A DNA stretch of 64,000 nucleotides from the human T2T-CHM13v2.0 reference genome, Homo sapiens: NCBI RefSeq assembly GCF_009914755.1, contig NC_060948.1; one strand, given 5' to 3'. Positions 10,882-25,187 of the stretch are shown in pieces. Each line of letters begins with the position of its first letter. Position 1 is the first letter of the stretch. The position numbers and the translations under genes were made by a program. The notes beneath the pieces are model-generated. The model had not been told where the DNA came from. It worked only from the letters and a program-made list of their open reading frames with translations, and did no database searches.

Positions 10882-13800
10882 ATGGAATCAAATCAATGGA
10901 ATCAAATCAAATGGAATGGAAAGGAATTGAATGGAGTAGATTGGATTGGATGGGATTGGAATGAAATCTACTGGAAAGGACTCGAATTTCATGAAACGGA
11001 ATGGAATGAATTGGAACGGAATGGACTCGAATGGAATGGAATGTCATGGAATGGCATCAAATGGAATGGCATCAAATGGAATGGAATCGAATGCAATGGA
11101 ATGCTATGGAATGGAATGGAATGCATTGGAATGGAATGTCCTCTAATGGAATGGATTCGAGTGGAATGGAATCGAATATAATGGAGTCGAATGAAATGGA
11201 ATTGAAAGGAATGGGATCGAATACAATGGAATATACTGGAATGTAATGTAATGAACTCGAATGTAATTGACTGGAATGGAATGTACATGAATGGAATGTA
11301 ATCGAATGGAAAGTAATCCAATGGAATAGAATCTAATGCAATAAAATCGACTCAGATAGAGTAGAATGTAATGGAATGGAGTGCAGTGCAATGGAATGGA
11401 ATGGAATGGAATGCAATGGAATGGAATGGAATGGAATGGAATGGAATGGAATGGAATGGAATGGAATGGGATGGAATGGTATGGAATGGATAGTAATGGA
11501 CTGGAGTGAAATGGACTGGAAAGGAATGGACTCAAATTGAAAGGGCTCGAAAGGAATGGAGTCAAATGGAATGGTCTGGAATGGAATGAACACGAATGTA
11601 ATGCAATCCAATAGAATGGAATCGAATGGCATGGAATATAAAGAAATGGATTCGAAGAGAATGGAAACAAATGGAATGGAATTGAATGGAATGGAATTGA
11701 ATGGAATGGGAACGAATGGAGTGAAATTGTATGCAGTAGAAGGGAATAGAATGGAATGCAAGCGAAAGGAAAGGAATGGATTGGAATGGAATGGAATTCA
11801 TTGGAATGGAAGGGAATGTAGTGTAATGGACAGGCCTGGAATAAAGTGGAATGCTACGGTCTCGAATGGAATAAAAATGTATGGAATGGAATACAAAGAA
11901 ACGGAATCGAATGTCATAGAATGTAATGGAATGCAACAAAATGGAATCCAAAATCATTGACTGGAAAGGCTGGGTGTCGAAAGGAATTGACTCCAATGGA
12001 ATGGAATCGAATGGAATGGAAGTGAATAGAATCGAACTAAATCGAATGGAATGGAATTGATAGGAACGGAATGGAAAGGAATGCAATGATTTGGCATGGA
12101 ATGGAATCGAATGGCATCGAATGGAATGGAATGGAATGCAATGGAATGGAATGTATTAGAATGTAATGAACTTTAATGGAATGTACTCGAATGGATTCGA
12201 CTGGAATGGAATGTTCTGGAAGTGAATGGACTCCAATGGAATGGATTCAAAAGGAATGGAATCGTACGGAATGGAATCTAATGGAATGGAATTAAATGGA
12301 AATGAATCAAATTGAATAGCACGGAATTGAATTGAATGGAATGGAATGCAATGCAATCTAATGAAACGGAAAGGAAAGGAATGGAATGGAATGGAATGGG
12401 CTGGAATGGAAAGGAATCGAAACGAATGGAATGGAATCGAACTGAAGAGACTGGAATGGAATGCACTGGAATGGAAGGGAGTGTAATGGAAGGTTCTCGA
12501 AAAAAATGGAATCGAATGGAATGGAATTGAATGGAACGGAATAGAGTCGAATGGAATTGAATGGAATGGAATGGACTAGAGTGAAATGGAATCAAACCAC
12601 AAGGAATGGAGAGGAATAGAATGGTCTCGAATTGAATGGAATCGTATGGAATGGCATCAAACGGAATGGAATGGACAGCCACGGAATGGAATGCACTCGA
12701 ATGCAATGGAGTCGAAACTAATGGACTGGAATAGAATGGACTCGACTGGTACGGACTCCAATGGAATGGAATCGAATGGAAGGGAATCGAACGGAATGGA
12801 CTCGAAGGGAAAAGACTGCAATGGAAAGGTCTCGAATGGAATGGAAATTAATGGAATGGAATGGAATCGAATGAAATGGAGTCAAAAGGAATGGAATCGA
12901 ATGGCAACAAATCGAATGTAATGGAATCGCAAGGAATTGATGTGAACGGAACGGAACGGAATGGAATGGAATCCAAAGGAATGGAATAGAATGGAATGGA
13001 ATCGAATGGAAAGGACTCGAATGGAAATCACTCGAATAGAATGCAATTTAATAAAATAGGATCAAATGTAATGGAATGGAATGGAAAGGAATCGAAACGA
13101 AAGGAATGGAGACAGATGGAATGGAATAGAACAGAGAGCAATGGTATGGAATGGAATGGAATCATCTGGAATGGAATTGAATGGAATGGAATAATATGAA
13201 ATGGAATGGAATGGAATGGAATGGAATGGAATGCCCTTGAATTAAATGGACTGGAATGGAATGGACTCGAACAGAGTGGAATGGAAAGTGTTGAGATAGA
13301 ATGGAATGGACTCCTTTGGAATGGTGTAGTATGCAATGCAATCGACTGGCAGGGAATCAAAAGGAATGTAATGGAATGGACTGGACTGGAATGCAATGGA
13401 CTCGAATAGATTGGAAACGGAATGCAAAGAAATGGAATGGAATAGTATGGAATGGAATGGAAAGGAATGGAGTGGAATAGACTAGAGTGGAATGGAATGG
13501 ACTGGAAAGCAATGGACTGGAATGGAACTTTCTTGAATGGACTGGAATCAAACGGAATGGAATGCAATGCAATCAAATGGCATGGAATAAAATAGAATGA
13601 AAGAGAATCAAATGGAATTGAATCGAATGGAATCGAATGGATTGGAAAGGAATAGAATGGAATGGAATGGAATTGACTCAAATGGAATGGACTAGAATGG
13701 AATGGATTCGAATGGAAGGCAAAGGAATGGAATCTATTGGAATGGACTGTAATGGAATGGAATGGAAGGGATTGGAATGGACTCGAATGGAATGGACTGC

Positions 13801-14465
13801 AATAGAAAGGATTCGAATGGAATGAAAAAGAATTGAATGGAATAGAACAGAATGGAATCAAATCGAATGAAATGGAATGGAATAGAAAGGAATGGAATGA
13901 AATGGAATGGAAAGGATTCGAATGGAATGCAATCGAATGGAATGGAATCGAACGGAATGGAATAAAATGGAAGAAAACTGGCAAGAAATGGAATCGAAAT
14001 GAATGGAGTGTTATGGAACGGACTCAAAAGGAATTGAATGTAATAGAATGGAGTGGAGTGGACTCGAATATAATGGACTGGAATGGAATGAAATCACATG
14101 GAATGGGAACGAATGGAATGGAATGGAAAGGAATGGAATCGAATGGAAAGGAATCGAATGGAAGGGAATGCAATTGAATCAACAGGAATGGAAGGGAATA
14201 GAATAGACGGTAATGGAATGGACTCGAATAGAATGGACACGAATGCTCAAATTGAATGGACTCGAATGGAATGGAAACGAAAGGAATGTCATCGAATGGA
14301 ATTGAATCGATTGGAATGAAATCGCATAGAATGGAGTGGAATCAAATGGAATTGAATCGAAAGGAAAGGAAGCGAATGGACTGAAATGAAATGGAATGGA
14401 ATTGAATGGAAAGTAATGCAATGGAATAGAATGGAACGAAATTTCACGGAATGGAATCAAACTGA
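10882..14465 (+). repeat. DYZ1 unit U4 (3584 bp)
   Basis: Anchor spacing 10882->14466. Extra ggaac near 12950 and extra ggaat near 13200. Near-identical to U7. Confidence 0.93.
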
Positions 14466-17400
14466 ATGGAATCAAATCAATGGAATATAATCAAATGGAA
14501 TGGAAAGGAATTGAATGGAGTAGATTGGATTGGATGGGATTGGAATGAAATGTACTGGAAAGGACTCGAATTTCATGAAACGGAATGGAATGAATTGGAA
14601 CGGAATGGACTCGAATGGAATGGAATGTCATGGAATGGCATCAAATGGAATGGCATCAAATGGAATAGAATCGAATGCAATGGAATGCTATGGAATGGAA
14701 TGGAATGCATTGGAATGGAATGTCCTCTAATGGAATGGATTCGAGTGGAATGGAATCGAATATAATGGAGTCGAATGAAATGGAATTGAAAGGAATGGGA
14801 TCGAATACAATGGAATATACTGGAATGTAACGTAATGAACTCGAATGTAATTGACTGGAATGGAATGTACATGAATGGAATGTAATCGAATGGAAAGTAA
14901 TCCAATGGAATAGAATCTAATGCAATAAAACCGACTCAGATAGAGTAGAATGTAATGGAATGGAGTGCAGTGCAATGGAATGGAATGGAATGGAATGCAA
15001 TTGAATGGAATGGAATGGAATGGAATGGAATGGAATGGGATGGAATGGTATGGAATGGATAGTAATGGACTGGAGTGAAATGGACTGGAAAGGAATGGAC
15101 TCAAATTGAAAGGGCTCGAAAGGAATGGAGTCAAATGGAATGGTCTGGAATGGAATGAACACGAATGTAATGCAATCCAAAAGAATGGAATCGAATGGCA
15201 TGGAATATAACGAAATGGAATCGGAGAGAATGGAAACAAATGGAATGGAATTGAATGGAATGGAATTGAATGGAATGGGAACGAATGGAGTGAAATTGTA
15301 TACAGTAGAAGGGAATAGAATGGAATGCAAGCGAAAGGAAAGGAATGGATTGGAATGGAATGGAATTCATTGGAATGGAAGGGAATGTAGTGTAATGGAC
15401 AGGCCTGGAATAAAGTGGAATGCTACGGTCTCGAATGGAATAAAAATGTATGGAATGGAATGCAATGAAATGGAATCGAATGTCATAGAATGTAATGGAA
15501 TGCAACAAAATGGAATCCAAAATCATTGACTGGAAAGGCTGGGTGTCGAAAGGAATTGACTCCAATGGAATGGAATCGAATGGAATGGAAGTGAATAGAA
15601 TCGAACTAAATCGAATGGAATGGAATTGATAGGAACGGAATGGAAAGGAATGCAATGATTTGGCATGGAATGGAATCGAATGGCATCGAATGGAATGGAA
15701 TGGAATGCAATGGAATGGAATGTATTAGAATGTAATGAACTTTAATGGAATGTACTCGAATGGATTCGACTGGAATGGAATGTTCTGGAAGTGAATGGAC
15801 TCCAATGGAATGGATTCCAAAGGAATGGAATCGTACGGAATGGAATCTAATGGAATGGAATTAAATGGAAATGAATCAAATTGAATAGCACGGAATTGAA
15901 TTGAATGGAATCGAATGCAATGGAATCTAATGAAACGGAAAGGAAAGGAATGGAATGGAATGGAATGGGCTGGAATGGAAAGGAATCGAAACGAATGGAA
16001 TGGAATCGAACTGAAGAGACTGGAATGGAATGCACTGGAATGGAAGGGAGTGTAATGGAAGGTTCTCGAAAAAAATGGAATCGAATGGAATGGAATTGAA
16101 TGGAACGGAATAGAGTCGAATGGAATTGAATGGAATGGAATGGACTAGAGTGATATGGAATCGAACCACAAGGAATGGAGAGGAATAGAATGGTCTCGAA
16201 TTGAATGGAATCGTATGGAGTGGCATCAAACGGAATGGAATGGACAGCCACGGAATGGAATGCACTCGAATGCAATGGAGTCGAAACTAATGGACTGGAA
16301 TAGAATGGACTCGACTGGTACGGACTCCAATGGAATGGAATCGAATGGAAGGGAATCGAACGGAATGGACTCGAAGGGAAAAGACTGCAATGGAAAGGTC
16401 TCGAATGGAATGGAAATTAATGGAATGGAATGGAATCGAATGAAATGGAGTCAAAAGGAATGGAATCGAATGGCAACAAATCGAATGTAATGGAATCGCA
16501 AGGAATTGACGTGAAAGGAACGGAATGGAATGGAATCCAAAGGAATGGAATAGAATGGAATGGAATCGAATGGAAAGGACTCGAATGGAAATCACTCGAA
16601 TAGAATGCAATTTAATAAAATAGGATCAAATGGAATGGAATGGAATGGAAAGGAATCGAAACGAAAGGAATGGAGACAGATGGAATGGAATGGAACAGAG
16701 AGCAATGCTATAGAATGGAATGGAATCATCTGGAATGGAATTGAATGGAATGGAATAATATGAAATGGAATGGAATGGAATGGAATGGAATGCCCTTGAA
16801 TTAAATGGACTGGAATGGAATGGACTCCAACAGAGTGGAATGGAAAGTGTTGAGATAGAATGGAATGGACTCCTTTGGAATGGTCTAGTATGCAATGCAA
16901 TCGACTGGCAGGGAATCAAAAGGAATGTAATCGAATGGATTGGACTGGAATGCAATGGACTCGAATAGATTGGAAACGGAATGCAAAGGAATGGAATGGA
17001 ATAGTATGGAATGGAATGGAAAGGAATGGAGTGGAATAGACTAGAGTGGAATGGAATGGACTGGAAAGCAATGGACTGGAATGGAACTTTCTTGAATGGA
17101 CTGGAATCAAACGGAATGGAATGCAATGCAATCAAATGGCATGGAATAAAATAGAATGAAAGAGAATCAAATGGAATTGAATCGAATGGAATCGAATGGA
17201 TTGGAAAGGAATAGAATGGAATGGAATGGAATTGACTCAAATGGAATGGACTAGAATGGAATGGATTCGAATGGAAGGCAAAGGAATGGAATCTATTGGA
17301 ATGGACTGTAATGGAATGGAATGGAAGGGATTGGAATGGACTCGAATGGAATGGACTGCAATAGAAAGGATTCCAATGGAATGAAAAAGAATTGAATGGA

Positions 17401-18024
17401 ATAGAACAGAATGGAATCAAATCGAATGAAATGGAATGGAATAGAAAGGAATGGAATGAAATGGAATGGAAAGGATTCGAATGGAATGCAATCGAATGGA
17501 ATGGAATCGAACGGAATGGAATAAAATGGAAGAAAACTGGCAAGAAATGGAATCGAAATGAATGGAGTATTATGGAACGGACTCAAAAGGAATTGAATGT
17601 AATAGAATGGAGTGGAGTGGACTCGAATATAATGGACTGGAATGGAATGAAATCACATGGAATGGGAACGAATGGAATGGAATGGAAAGGAATGGAATCG
17701 AATGGAAAGGAATCGAATGGAAGGGAATGAAATTGAATCAACAGGAATGGAAGGGAATAGAATAGACGGTAATGGAATGGACTCGAATAGAATGGACACG
17801 AATGCTCAAATTGAATGGACTCGAATGGAATGGAAACGAAAGGAATGTCATCGAATGGAATTGAATCGATTGGAATGAAATCGCATAGAATGGAGTGGAA
17901 TCAAATGGAATTGAATCGAAAGGAAAGGAAGCGAATGGACTGAAATGAAATGGAATGGAATTGAATGGAAAGTAATGCAATGGAATAGAATGGAACGAAA
18001 TTTCACGGAATGGAATCAAACTGA
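14466..18024 (+). repeat. DYZ1 unit U5 (3559 bp), duplication-junction chimera
   Basis: Anchor spacing 14466->18025. Left part matches U8 variants, right part matches U2 variants. Confidence 0.93.
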
Positions 18025-21000
18025 ATGGAATCAAATCAATGGAATCTAATCAAATGGAATGGAAAGGAATTGAATGGAGTAGATTGGATTGGATGGGATT
18101 GGAATGAAATCTACTGGAAAGGACTCGAATTTCATGAAACGGAATGGAATGAATTGGAACGGAATGGACTCGAATGGAATGGAATGTCATGGAATGGCAT
18201 CAAATGGAATGGCATCAAATGGAATGGAATCGAATGCAATGGAATGTTATGGAATGGAATGGAATGCATTGGAATGGAATGTCCTCTAATGGAATGGATT
18301 CGAGTGGAATGGAATCGAATATAATGGAGTCGAATGAAATGGAATTGAAAGGAATGGGATCGAATAGAATGGAATATACTGGAATGTAATGTAATGAACT
18401 CGAATGTAATTGACTGGAATGGAATGTACATGAATGGAAGGTAATCGAATGGAAAGTAATCCAATGGAATAGAATCTAATGCAATAAAACCGACTCAGAT
18501 AGAGTAGAATGTAATGGAATGGAGTGCAGTGCAATGGAATGGAATGGAATTGAATGCAATGGAATGGAATGGAATGGAATGGAATGGAATGGAATGGAAT
18601 GGAATGGAATGGAATGGGATGGAATGGTATGGAATGGATAGAAATGGACTGGAGTGAAATGGACTGGAAAGGAATGGACTCAAATTGAAAGGGCTCGAAA
18701 GGAATGGAGTCAAATGGAATGGTCTGGAATGGAATGAACACGAATGTAATGCAATCCAATAGAATGGAATCGAATGGCATGGAATATAAAGAAATGGATA
18801 CGAAGAGAATGGAAACAAATGGAATGGAATTGAATGGAATGGAATTGAATGGAATGGGAACGAATGGAGTGAAATTGTATGCAGTAGAAGGGAATAGAAT
18901 GGAATGCAAGCGAAAGGAAAGGAATGGATTGGAATGGAATGGAATTCATTGGAATGGAAGGGAATGTAGTGTAATGGACAGGCCTGGAATAAAGTGGAAT
19001 GCTACGGTCTCGAATGGAATAAAAATGTATGGAATGGAATGCAATGAAACGGAATCGAATGTCATAGAATGTAATGGAATGCAACAAAATGGAATCCAAA
19101 ATCATTGACTGGAAAGGCTGGGTGTCGAAAGGAATTGACTCCAATGGAATGGAATCGAATGGAATGGAAGTGAATAGAATCGAACTAAATCGAATGGAAT
19201 GGAATTGATAGGAACGGAATGGAAAGGAATGCAATGATTTGGCATGGAATGGAATCGAATGGCATCGAATGGAATGGAATGGAATGCAATGGAATGGAAT
19301 GTATTAGAATGTAATGAACTTTAATGGAATGTACTCGAATGGATTCGACTGGAATGGAATGTTCTGGAAGTGAATGGACTCCAATGGAATGGATTCAAAA
19401 GGAATGGAATCGTACGGAATGGAATCTAATGGAATGGAATTAAATGGAAATGAATCAAATTGAATAGCACGGAATTGAATTGAATGGAATGGAATGCAAT
19501 GGAATCTAATGAAACGGAAAGGAAAGGAATGGAATGGAATGGAATGGGCTGGAATGGAAAGGAATCGAAACGAATGGAATGGAATCGAACTGAAGAGACT
19601 GGAATGGAATGCACTGGAATGGAAGGGAGTGTAATGGAAGGTTCTCGAAAAAAATGGAATCGAATGGAATGGAATTGAATGGAACGGAATAGAGTCGAAT
19701 GGAATTGAATGGAATGGAATGGACTAGAGTGAAATGGAATCGAACCACAAGGAATGGAGAGGAATAGAATGGTCTCGAATTGAATGGAATCATATGGAAT
19801 GGCATCAAACGGAATGGAATGGACAGCCACGGAATGGAATGCACTCGAATGCAATGGAGTCGAAACTAATGGACTGGAATAGAATGGACTCGACTGGTAC
19901 GGACTCCAATGGAATGGAATCGAATGGAAGGGAATCGAACGGAATGGACTCGAAGGGAAAAGACTGCAATGGAAAGGTCTCGAATGGAATGGAAATTAAT
20001 GGAATGGAATGGAATCGAATGAAATGGAGTCAAAAGGAATGGAATCGAATGGCAAGAAATCGAATGTAATGGAATCGCAAGGAATTGATGTGAACGGAAC
20101 GGAATGGAATGGAATCCAAAGGAATGGAATAGAATGGAATGGAATCGAATGGAAAGGACTCGAATGGAAATCACTCGAATAGAATGCAATTTAATAAAAT
20201 AGGATCAAATATAATGGAATGGAATGGAAAGGAATCGAAACGAAAGGAATGGAGACAGATGGAATGGAATAGAACAGAGAGCAATGGTATAGAATGGAAT
20301 GGAATCATCTGGAATGGAATTGAATGGAATGGAATAATATGAAATGGAATGGAATGGAATGGAATGGAATGCCCTTGAATTAAATGGACTGGAATGGAAT
20401 GGACTCGAACAGAGTGGAATGGAAAGTGTTGAGATAGAATGGAATGGACTCCTTTGGAATGGTGTAGTATGCAATGCAATCGACTGGCAGGGAATCAAAA
20501 GGAATGTAATCGAATGGATTGGACTGGAATGCAATGGACTCGAATAGATTGCAAACAGAATGCAAAGGAATGGAATGGAATAGTATGGAATGGAATGGAA
20601 AGGAATGGAGTGGAATAGACTAGAGTGGAATGGAATGGACTGGAAAGCAATGGACTGGAATGGAACTTTCTTGAATGGACTGGAATCAAACGGAATGGAA
20701 TGCAATGCAATCAAATGGCATGGAATAAAATAGAATGAAAGAGAATCAAATGGAATTGAATCGAATGGAATCGAATGGATTGGAAAGGAATAGAATGGAA
20801 TGGAATGGAATTGACTCAAATGGAATGGACTAGAATGGAATGGATTCGAATGGAAGGCAAAGGAATGGAATCTATTGGAATGGACTGTAATGGAATGGAA
20901 TGGAAGGGATTGGAATGGACTCGAATGGAATGGACTGCAATAGAAAGGATTTGAATGGAATGAAAAAGAATTGAATGGAATAGAACAGAATGGAATCAAA

Positions 21001-21603
21001 TCGAATGAAATGGAATGGAATAGAAAGGAATGGAATGAAATGGAATGGAAAGGATTCGAATGGAATGCAATCGAATGGAATGGAATCGAACGGAATGGAA
21101 TAAAATGGAAGAAAACTGGCAAGAAATGGAATCGAAATGAATGGAGTGTTATGGAACGGACTCAAAAGGAATTGAATGTAATAGAATGGAGTGGAGTGGA
21201 CTCGAATATAATGGACTGGAATGGAATGAAATCACATGGAATGGGAACGAATGGAATGGAATGGAAAGGAATGGAATCGAATGGAAAGGAATCGAATGGA
21301 AGGGAATGAAATTGAATCAACAGGAATGGAAGGGAATAGAATAGACGGTAATGGAATGGACTCGAATAGAATGGACACGAATGCTCAAATTGAATGGACT
21401 CGAATGGAATGGAAACGAAAGGAATGTCATCGAATGGAATTGAATCGATTGGAATGAAATCGCATAGAATGGAGTGGAATCAAATGGAATTGAATCGAAA
21501 GGAAAGGAAGCGAATGGACTGAAATGAAATGGAATGGAATTGAATGGAAAGTAATGCAATGGAATAGAATGGAACGAAATTTCACGGAATGGAATCAAAC
21601 TGA
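18025..21603 (+). repeat. DYZ1 unit U6 (3579 bp)
   Basis: Anchor spacing 18025->21604. Copy of U3 at +10722. Confidence 0.93.
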
Positions 21604-24600
21604 ATGGAATCAAATCAATGGAATCAAATCAAATGGAATGGAAAGGAATTGAATGGAGTAGATTGGATTGGATGGGATTGGAATGAAATGTACTGGAAAG
21701 GACTCGAATTTCATGAAACGGAATGGAATGAATTGGAACGGAATGGACTCGAATGGAATGGAATGTCATGGAATGGCATCAAATGGAATGGCATCAAATG
21801 GAATGGAATCGAATGCAATGGAATGCTATGGAATGGAATGGAATGCATTGGAATGGAATGTCCTCTAATGGAATGGATTCGAGTGGAATGGAATCGAATA
21901 TAATGGAGTCGAATGAAATGGAATTGAAAGGAATGGGATCGAATACAATGGAATATACTGGAATGTAATGTAATGAACTCGAATGTAATTGACTGGAATG
22001 GAATGTACATGAATGGAATGTAATCGAATGGAAAGTAATCCAATGGAATAGAATCTAATGCAATAAAATCGACTCAGATAGAGTAGAATGTAATGGAATG
22101 GAGTGCAGTGCAATGGAATGGAATGGAATGGAATGCAATGGAATGGAATGGAATGGAATGGAATGGAATGGAATGGAATGGAATGGAATGGGATGGAATG
22201 GTATGGAATGGATAGTAATGGACTGGAGTGAAATGGACTGGAAAGGAATGGACTCAAATTGAAAGGGCTCGAAAGGAATGGAGTCAAATGGAATGGTCTG
22301 GAATGGAATGAACACGAATGTAATGCAATCCAATAGAATGGAATCGAATGGCATGGAATATAAAGAAATGGATTCGAAGAGAATGGAAACAAATGGAATG
22401 GAATTGAATGGAATGGAATTGAATGGAATGGGAACGAATGGAGTGAAATTGTATGCAGTAGAAGGGAATAGAATGGAATGCAAGCGAAAGGAAAGGAATG
22501 GATTGGAATGGAATGGAATTCATTGGAATGGAAGGGAATGTAGTGTAATGGACAGGCCTGGAATAAAGTGGAATGCTACGGTCTCGAATGGAATAAAAAT
22601 GTATGGAATGGAATACAAAGAAACGGAATCGAATGTCATAGAATGTAATGGAATGCAACAAAATGGAATCCAAAATCATTGACTGGAAAGGCTGGGTGTC
22701 GAAAGGAATTGACTCCAATGGAATGGAATCGAATGGAATGGAAGTGAATAGAATCGAACTAAATCGAATGGAATGGAATTGATAGGAACGGAATGGAAAG
22801 GAATGCAATGATTTGGCATGGAATGGAATCGAATGGCATCGAATGGAATGGAATGGAATGCAATGGAATGGAATGTATTAGAATGTAATGAACTTTAATG
22901 GAATGTACTCGAATGGATTCGACTGGAATGGAATGTTCTGGAAGTGAATGGACTCCAATGGAATGGATTCAAAAGGAATGGAATCGTACGGAATGGAATC
23001 TAATGGAATGGAATTAAATGGAAATGAATCAAATTGAATAGCACGGAATTGAATTGAATGGAATGGAATGCAATGCAATCTAATGAAACGGAAAGGAAAG
23101 GAATGGAATGGAATGGAATGGGCTGGAATGGAAAGGAATCGAAACGAATGGAATGGAATCGAACTGAAGAGACTGGAATGGAATGCACTGGAATGGAAGG
23201 GAGTGTAATGGAAGGTTCTCGAAAAAAATGGAATCGAATGGAATGGAATTGAATGGAACGGAATAGAGTCGAATGGAATTGAATGGAATGGAATGGACTA
23301 GAGTGAAATGGAATCAAACCACAAGGAATGGAGAGGAATAGAATGGTCTCGAATTGAATGGAATCGTATGGAATGGCATCAAACGGAATGGAATGGACAG
23401 CCACGGAATGGAATGCACTCGAATGCAATGGAGTCGAAACTAATGGACTGGAATAGAATGGACTCGACTGGTACGGACTCCAATGGAATGGAATCGAATG
23501 GAAGGGAATCGAACGGAATGGACTCGAAGGGAAAAGACTGCAATGGAAAGGTCTCGAATGGAATGGAAATTAATGGAATGGAATGGAATCGAATGAAATG
23601 GAGTCAAAAGGAATGGAATCGAATGGCAACAAATCGAATGTAATGGAATCGCAAGGAATTGATGTGAACGGAACGGAACGGAATGGAATGGAATCCAAAG
23701 GAATGGAATAGAATGGAATGGAATCGAATGGAAAGGACTCGAATGGAAATCACTCGAATAGAATGCAATTTAATAAAATAGGATCAAATGTAATGGAATG
23801 GAATGGAAAGGAATCGAAACGAAAGGAATGGAGACAGATGGAATGGAATAGAACAGAGAGCAATGGTATGGAATGGAATGGAATCATCTGGAATGGAATT
23901 GAATGGAATGGAATAATATGAAATGGAATGGAATGGAATGGAATGGAATGGAATGCCCTTGAATTAAATGGACTGGAATGGAATGGACTCGAACAGAGTG
24001 GAATGGAAAGTGTTGAGATAGAATGGAATGGACTCCTTTGGAATGGTGTAGTATGCAATGCAATCGACTGGCAGGGAATCAAAAGGAATGTAATGGAATG
24101 GACTGGACTGGAATGCAATGGACTCGAATAGATTGGAAACGGAATGCAAAGAAATGGAATGGAATAGTATGGAATGGAATGGAAAGGAATGGAGTGGAAT
24201 AGACTAGAGTGGAATGGAATGGACTGGAAAGCAATGGACTGGAATGGAACTTTCTTGAATGGACTGGAATCAAACGGAATGGAATGCAATGCAATCAAAT
24301 GGCATGGAATAAAATAGAATGAAAGAGAATCAAATGGAATTGAATCGAATGGAATCGAATGGATTGGAAAGGAATAGAATGGAATGGAATGGAATTGACT
24401 CAAATGGAATGGACTAGAATGGAATGGATTCGAATGGAAGGCAAAGGAATGGAATCTATTGGAATGGACTGTAATGGAATGGAATGGAAGGGATTGGAAT
24501 GGACTCGAATGGAATGGACTGCAATAGAAAGGATTCGAATGGAATGAAAAAGAATTGAATGGAATAGAACAGAATGGAATCAAATCGAATGAAATGGAAT

Positions 24601-25187
24601 GGAATAGAAAGGAATGGAATGAAATGGAATGGAAAGGATTCGAATGGAATGCAATCGAATGGAATGGAATCGAACGGAATGGAATAAAATGGAAGAAAAC
24701 TGGCAAGAAATGGAATCGAAATGAATGGAGTGTTATGGAACGGACTCAAAAGGAATTGAATGTAATAGAATGGAGTGGAGTGGACTCGAATATAATGGAC
24801 TGGAATGGAATGAAATCACATGGAATGGGAACGAATGGAATGGAATGGAAAGGAATGGAATCGAATGGAAAGGAATCGAATGGAAGGGAATGAAATTGAA
24901 TCAACAGGAATGGAAGGGAATAGAATAGACGGTAATGGAATGGACTCGAATAGAATGGACACGAATGCTCAAATTGAATGGACTCGAATGGAATGGAAAC
25001 GAAAGGAATGTCATCGAATGGAATTGAATCGATTGGAATGAAATCGCATAGAATGGAGTGGAATCAAATGGAATTGAATCGAAAGGAAAGGAAGCGAATG
25101 GACTGAAATGAAATGGAATGGAATTGAATGGAAAGTAATGCAATGGAATAGAATGGAACGAAATTTCACGGAATGGAATCAAACTGA
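21604..25187 (+). repeat. DYZ1 unit U7 (3584 bp)
   Basis: Anchor spacing 21604->25188. Copy of U4 at +10722. Confidence 0.93.
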
